NCBI GenBank assembly: GCA_963770895.1
Contig: CAVYRF010000001.1
Coordinates: forward strand, 192,001-256,000
Origin: an uncultured Acidobacteriota bacterium
Lineage (GTDB): Bacteria > Acidobacteriota > Thermoanaerobaculia > Multivoradales > UBA5704
Reading direction: 5' to 3'
DNA length: 64,000 bases
How positions within the stretch are numbered: the stretch's first letter is position 1; each line of letters begins with the position of its first letter. Shown piece by piece: positions 59,236 through 64,000 of this stretch. Position numbers and translations under genes: made by a program. The notes below the pieces were generated by a model. The model was not told the DNA's origin, made no database searches, and saw only the letters and a list, made by a program, of their open reading frames with translations.

Positions 59236-59780
59236 ACCACTCCGTGGTGATGGACACCAATGTGGCAGTAGTTGCCAACGGCAGATCGCATGCTGGAGAC
59301 AAATGCAGGCAGACTTGCATAGAGACTCTCAGGGCGTGCAGGGAGCGCCACCGATTACTGCTCGATCAGCAGGGCCTCATCATCGAAGAGTACCGCAGAC
59401 ATCTGTCGCCTTCCGGCCAGCCTGGCGCCGGCGATGAGTTTTTCAGATGGTTGTGGAACAATCAGGCAAACCCTCGGCACTGCCGACAGGTACTGGTCAA
59501 AATTGTTGAAGCTCCGCGCGGATTCGAGGAGTTTCCAGCCGATCCAGACCTGGCGGGCCTAGATCCCTCAGATCGTAAGTTCGTGGCGGTTGCGATTGCC
59601 AGCGAGGAACAACCAAACATCCTGAATGCATCCGATAACGACTGGTGGCCCTATCAGGAGGTCCTGCGAAGCCATGGGGTCGAGGTTCTGTTCCTCTGCC
59701 CAGAGTTGATGAGAGCGGAATCAGCCGGAGATGCAGGGACGCTCACTGGTTCCAAACGCCGACGGCGGCGAGGTAGATGA
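59232..59780 (+). CDS. PIN domain protein
   Basis: VVMDTNV, I..EY, D.SDRKFVAVA and D.DW acidic PIN residues; GTGA overlap with the ATPase. Confidence 0.82.
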   Translation: MNHSVVMDTNVAVVANGRSHAGDKCRQTCIETLRACRERHRLLLDQQGLIIEEYRRHLSPSGQPGAGDEFFRWLWNNQANPRHCRQVLVKIVEAPRGFEEFPADPDLAGLDPSDRKFVAVAIASEEQPNILNASDNDWWPYQEVLRSHGVEVLFLCPELMRAESAGDAGTLTGSKRRRRRGR

Positions 59781-59945
59781 CTCGCACTTCATTTCGCGCT
59801 AATGAGGGAAGTACATTCGTTCGATGTCGGCCGGCTCGGTGAAAGGGCTCAAGAGGGCGCTTGGCTCCCCTGTCAGGTCCAGCTGGCGGAAGGTGTTGGC
59901 GACTCTGACGTAAGACTTGGCGCGGTCTGTGCTTGAGCGGTGAGA

Positions 59946-60794
59946 ATGGCTCGAGCGCGCGACAAGGTGACCAGGGGCCTGGCCGGCGAGGTCAGCGACG
60001 CCCAGGATGGGGTCAAGGCACAAAAGTCGTACCGCAAGATCCTGGCGCAGGAGATCGCGACCGGCGTCGAGGAGCTGGAGCGCTCCACCAGCGGGTTGCT
60101 GCTGTCAGGATTGTCGGCGGGCCTCGACGTGGGATTCAGCCTGTTCCTGATGGGGGTCATGATGACCCTGGCAGGCCCAACCCTTCCCCGTCCGGTGGTC
60201 GAAATCCTGGTCGCCTGCATGTATTCCGTCGGCTTCATCTTTGTCATCCTGGGGCGCTCCGAGCTCTTCACCGAGCACACGACCCTTGCCGTCCTGCCTG
60301 TCCTGGGCGGGCGTGCCACTGTGCCGCAGCTGCTGCGTTTGTGGGGGCTGATCTACGTTTCCAATCTGGCAGGAGCCACGATCTTCGCGGCGATCGCTGC
60401 CTGGGTCGGTCCAGCCCTGGGCGTGATCGAACCCTGGGCGCTCGGCAAGATCGCCCACGGTCTGGTCGATCATCCCGCGCCGGTGGTCCTGGCCAGCGGC
60501 GTTCTTGCCGGGTGGATGATGGGCCTCCTATCCTGGCTGGTCACCGCCGCCCGCGACACCGTCAGCCAGCTCCTTTTTGTCTGGCTGATCACCTTCGCCA
60601 TCGGCCTTTCGCACCTGCACCACGCCATCGCCGGCACGGTCGAAGTCCTGGCCGGTCTGTTCAGCGGTCAAGGCATCACCGCCAACGCCTTCGCCCTTTT
60701 CCTACTCCTGTCTACTGCCGGCAACATCCTGGGCGGCGTCATCTTCGTCGCCATTCTCAAGTTCGCCCACGCCACCCAAGCCGGCGCGGAGTGA
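59946..60794 (+). CDS. Formate/nitrite transporter family protein
   Basis: G..EL.R, SGL.AGL..GFS, Y..GF..VILGR.ELFTE.T, H.IAG..E, GN..GG motifs. Confidence 0.9.
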   Translation: MARARDKVTRGLAGEVSDAQDGVKAQKSYRKILAQEIATGVEELERSTSGLLLSGLSAGLDVGFSLFLMGVMMTLAGPTLPRPVVEILVACMYSVGFIFVILGRSELFTEHTTLAVLPVLGGRATVPQLLRLWGLIYVSNLAGATIFAAIAAWVGPALGVIEPWALGKIAHGLVDHPAPVVLASGVLAGWMMGLLSWLVTAARDTVSQLLFVWLITFAIGLSHLHHAIAGTVEVLAGLFSGQGITANAFALFLLLSTAGNILGGVIFVAILKFAHATQAGAE

Positions 60795-60873
60795 TCCGCC
60801 GCCACTCTCTGCCACGGAGAGCCGTGCCCTTTCCGGGCCAGGGCTGTCGCGGCAAGGGTGGGATCGCCTGCGA

Positions 60874-61121
60874 GTGCTGCCCACCGCGGCCATCGACCTG
60901 TTCGTCACGGATGTGGTAATGCCCGGGCTGCAGGGTCCCGAGCTGGCGCGCCGCCTGGTGGCACACCCCGAGGCCAAGGTGCTCCTGATCTCAGGCTATG
61001 CCGAGGGCATCTTGGCCGCAGCGAGGGCGGCGATGGCTGCGGCAATTTCCTGCAAAAGCCCTTTTGCCCAGACGAGCTGTTGGACCGCGTGCGCCGACTG
61101 CTTGGCCCCAAGGCTTCCTAG
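60874..61121 (+). pseudogene. Response regulator receiver fragment, frameshifted
   Basis: IDL.VTDVVMPG..GPELA....KVL.ISGY, then FLQKPF.PDELL.RVR.LL in another frame; no N-terminal beta1. Confidence 0.75.
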
Positions 61122-61172
61122 CGGCCCTGGGCCTGCAGCCAAGCGGTCAGGCTGCGGGATTCAGCTCGAAGG

Positions 61173-61973
61173 CTAAGCGGCTCGCCTGCGTCGCGCTGTC
61201 AGGCCGCACCACAACAAGAGGCCGGCCAGAACGATCATCGCCCAGCCCGAGAGCGTGGGAATTGCTGCCACGGCGGGAGGAATACCGGCGCTCCCGGTGC
61301 AGACGGTGACGTGGTTGTCGTCCAGCGTCACGGCGCCATTGCGCGCCAGGATCCTGCCGGTCACGCTGGCGCCGGTGTTCAGAGTGATGCTGGTGAGCGC
61401 GACGATGCTTCCCCCCAGCGCGGTGCCCGTGCCCAGCGTCGCGGAGCTGCCGATCTGCCAGAACACTCCGCAGCTCGACGCGCCGTTGATGAGGAGGACA
61501 GCCGAAGCGCTGGCGGTGGTGAGCGTGCTTCCGATCTTGAAGATGAAGACGGCACTGGAGTTGCCCTGCGCGTCGAGCGTCAGCGTTCCGGTCAGCTGGG
61601 CCGAGGTCGAAAAGCAGTAGACGCCTGGCGTCAGCGTCTTCCCACCAAGGTCCTGCCCGGTCAAGTCGGTGTTGCATGGTGTATTCGCCAGGCTGTTGTA
61701 TTCGGTCGTGAGGTCGCTTTGCGCCTGGGCGGCGACGGAGTCGCCGGCGTGGATCGTCCCGCCGGTCACGATACCCGGAGGAAACCCGGTGACCGCGCTG
61801 CCCGGGCTGACACCCAGATTGCCGGTGACGATCGTCGGCGTGGCGGTGTTGGTGACCGTCGAACCGCCCAGGACCGCGAATGAGCTGAGTGGTTGACCCG
61901 CTGCCATGCACGGTAGGACGAGGAACGCAGCGACCCCCAAGGTCCTGCCGATCGAGCGACTGCGATTCATCAT
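61173..61973 (-). CDS. DUF3494 ice-binding protein with IPTL-CTERM sorting signal
   Basis: F.VL.GS.VTN, G.LGVSPG.A.TGFP, DLGG.TL.PGVY, LTLD..G...AVF.F, VFWQ.GSSATLG, GR.LA..GAVTLD.N; ends IPTLSGW-TM-RRRR. Confidence 0.92.
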   Translation of the reverse strand: MMNRSRSIGRTLGVAAFLVLPCMAAGQPLSSFAVLGGSTVTNTATPTIVTGNLGVSPGSAVTGFPPGIVTGGTIHAGDSVAAQAQSDLTTEYNSLANTPCNTDLTGQDLGGKTLTPGVYCFSTSAQLTGTLTLDAQGNSSAVFIFKIGSTLTTASASAVLLINGASSCGVFWQIGSSATLGTGTALGGSIVALTSITLNTGASVTGRILARNGAVTLDDNHVTVCTGSAGIPPAVAAIPTLSGWAMIVLAGLLLWCGLTARRRRAA

Positions 61974-62044
61974 GCGCCTCCCTTCTGCACCCTGCAGTTT
62001 GTCGTAAGTTACTTTAACCGGATGGGCTGAGCTGGATGGGCGCG

Positions 62045-62602
62045 GAGCACGGGCTGAGCGCTTGACGCACCTGGTGCGCCAACGCCTCGGGATCGAAGGG
62101 TTTCTGCAGCAAGGTGACGCCAGGCGGCAGCGGCGCCGAGCCCACGGTCCGGTCGGTGTAGCCCGACATGGATAACCGCTGCCGTCCCAGCGTTCGTGGT
62201 GGGTCAGGGCGACGATCCGCCCGGCTTCGATCAGCTCGGATGGAGAGCCTTCGAGGATGCGGGCGCCGATCAGCGTATCAGATTCCATGATCCGCCGTTC
62301 TTCGCCGGTCAGTTCGCCGGACTTGCTGAGGATCGCGTCGGGAATGCCGTCACCATGATCACTGGCAGATCGCGCCAGCGCGCGTCGGCGCGCAGCCTGC
62401 GCGTCGCCGCGTAGCCGTCGAGCCCTGGCATCATGACGTCCAGCAGGAGCAGGTCGATGTCCGAGGAGAGGCTGGCCACGGCTTCGAGGCCGTCGCGGGC
62501 GACTTCCACCTCGTGGCCGAGCTGCCACACCAAGTCCCTCAGAATGCCAAGGTTCTGCTCGGTGTCGTCAACGATCAAGATACGTGCGGCGCGCTTCATC
62601 AC
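62045..62602 (-). pseudogene. Mosaic remnant: REC N-half, HD-GYP fragment and a second REC C-half
   Basis: ILIVDD...DVMMPGLDG...PVIMVT / GIPDAIL.K.G.LT..E...[11 protein letters not shown] / MSGY...LLQKPF...LA..VR.AL, in different frames. Confidence 0.75.
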
Positions 62603-62672
62603 GGCCTCGGGGGTGCTGCGGCGTCAAGGGTCGACTCCACGCGGCCGACACTCGGACCTCCGGCGCCGGAGC

Positions 62673-62767
62673 GTCGTTCAGTCTGGGTGGCCCTGAGGTT
62701 GCCCCGACCGCGGCGCGCCTGCGGCGCGACCGCGATCGGGCCGTGGGGGCGGGCGGAGCGTCTTGCC
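62673..62767. repeat. About 95-bp palindromic direct repeat, copy 1
   Basis: Near-identical core GTTGCCCCGAC...GCGCCTGCGGCGCG...GCGTCTTGCC also present at 63679-63774. Confidence 0.85.
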
Positions 62768-62864
62768 GTTGCCCGCATTCGCCCCGGCCGATCTGCGAGC
62801 ACTCTGCTTGGCGGCGCTGTCGGCGCGGTGCGCCGATTCCAGCTGGCTGCGACGAATTGGCGGC

Positions 62865-63248
62865 TCAGCGCCGGCTGTAGGGCCTTACGACTTGGAGCAT
62901 GGGGAAGTGGCGGCCGTTGAAGGTCACAAGGCGTGCTCCGCTCACTGCCGCGGTGGCCGCGATGAAAGCGTCCGCGAGGCCGGTGCTATGGCTCGGCCCG
63001 TAGTCCCGCCGGAACTGACCAGCCAGCCTTGCGATCTCCTCCGTTGCGGGCAGCACCGCGAGCGCCAGCAGAAAGCGATCCAGGATCCGGATCTCGCGCT
63101 CGCCGCGGGCGCCGGAAAAGAGCTCGGCAACGGTGATCGCCGACACCAGCAGATCGGCCTCCTGACGTTCCAGCCACGTAGCAGCCGCGGCCTGCCCGCG
63201 CAGGTAGTCGACCAGGATATCGGTATCGACCAGCAGACGACTTGGCAT
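62865..63248 (-). CDS. vapC: VapC PIN toxin
   Basis: LVDTDILVDYLRG, S.IT.AEL..G, L.DA.IAATA, LVT.N..HF motifs. Confidence 0.92.
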   Translation of the reverse strand: MPSRLLVDTDILVDYLRGQAAAATWLERQEADLLVSAITVAELFSGARGEREIRILDRFLLALAVLPATEEIARLAGQFRRDYGPSHSTGLADAFIAATAAVSGARLVTFNGRHFPMLQVVRPYSRR

Positions 63249-63263
63249 GGGTGGCGCCAGTGA

Positions 63264-63503
63264 TCACCGCGCAACGCGGTCAAGCTCGCCGCGCAGTGCG
63301 GCGAAGTCCGGCAGGTCGGTCCGCTCCTGCCAGAGCCCCCGAGCCTCCCGGAGGAGCGGCAGCCGTTCCGAGCCCAAGCGGCTAACGACGTAGCGATCGA
63401 TCGCCTCGCGAATGAGCTCGCTCTGGCTGGTTCCGCTCTGTTCGGCGAGGACCGCCAGCTGTTGGCGCTCGCGTTCTGTGAGGTAGATCTGAGTCCTGAC
63501 CAT
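63264..63503 (-). CDS. vapB: VapB antitoxin (CopG/RHH)
   Basis: M.RTQIYL......L...A...G.SQSELIREAID...G.W.ER.D; directly upstream of vapC. Confidence 0.9.
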   Translation of the reverse strand: MVRTQIYLTERERQQLAVLAEQSGTSQSELIREAIDRYVVSRLGSERLPLLREARGLWQERTDLPDFAALRGELDRVAR

Positions 63504-63634
63504 GGGTGCCCTCGGTTGGTGGTGTATATCTGTAATGTATAACGGATCGGGCGGTCACGTTGAGGCAAGTTCTCGACAAGGAGGGCGGATTTTGGCCCGT
63601 TGCTGCTGCCCCGCCGATGCCAACGGCAGGACCT

Positions 63635-63682
63635 GCGTGATCGAGCCCTGAGCTTTCGGCAAGATCGCCCATGGTCTGGTCG
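63635..63682 (+). repeat. 48-bp diverged copy of FNT gene segment 60421-60468
   Basis: 43/48 identical by eye alignment; TGG(Trp) changed to TGA. Confidence 0.8.
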
Positions 63683-63774
63683 TTCGGCCTGGAGAGCCGT
63701 GACGTTGCCCCGACCCGCGGCGCGCCTGCGGCGCGGCCGCGATCGGGCCGTGGGGGCGGGCGGAGCGTCTTGCC
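63679..63774. repeat. About 95-bp palindromic direct repeat, copy 2
   Basis: Matches 62673-62767. Confidence 0.85.
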
Positions 63775-64000
63775 CGGACCAATCCTGTCGACCGATCCGG
63801 CCGTCGGTTGTGTTGAGTCATGTGTCTGCTTGGCAAGAACGCTTCGTCGTAGCCCCCCGACCCGATCACGGTCCCGCACGTGGGGCGATTTATTTGCGCG
63901 CCCAGGGCAGGTGGCGACCGAAGAGGGCGTGGCCGAGGCGCCGGAGGGGGCCGGGGGGTGGTGGCGGGGGTGCTTCAAGCCGGCTGACGCTGGGGGCATT

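Noticed and set aside
59799-59940. Short minus-strand coding-like tail (…LLSPFTEPADIERMYFPH)
   Set aside because: Family not recognised and its start would overlap the FNT gene; at most an unassignable remnant.
62673-63774. Integron attC sites
   Set aside because: R-box consensus and orientation not satisfied and no integron integrase in the window; kept only as an unclassified repeat.

Overview
GC-rich bacterial window, most likely Acidobacteriota (Thermoanaerobaculia-like; inferred from the pilin family, IPTL-CTERM and 'TPCR..DTR' domain proteins, not proven). Most of it is ordinary core or accessory genes: transporters (CPA2 antiporter, MFS, APC, LctP, FNT), an ada-alkA repair operon, lspA, S9 and alpha/beta peptidases, GNATs, an aconitase-family fusion, two ECF sigma modules, FG-GAP and VPS10 secreted proteins, GT-C-like membrane proteins, a PLD, an ACAD-kinase fusion and a tandem pair of near-identical type IV pilins under a sigma54 promoter. 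Three lower-GC accessory patches stand out. At ~0.8-3.5 kb a split DUF433/DUF5615 TA pair brackets an orphan gene with a consensus sigma70 promoter and a structured 3' region. At ~34.7-38 kb a GmrSD-type nuclease sits beside gene remnants. From ~57.6 kb to the end, an island opens with an in-register tRNA 3'-end fragment and carries a DUF3696 ABC-ATPase + PIN two-gene candidate defence system, an ice-binding protein, scrambled regulator remnants and a repeat-flanked vapBC. A 52-aa lanthipeptide-like RiPP precursor missing from the ORF track lies at 8434-8592 (-), with no modifying enzyme in the window. I saw no CRISPR array, rRNA, intact tRNA, integrase or transposase.
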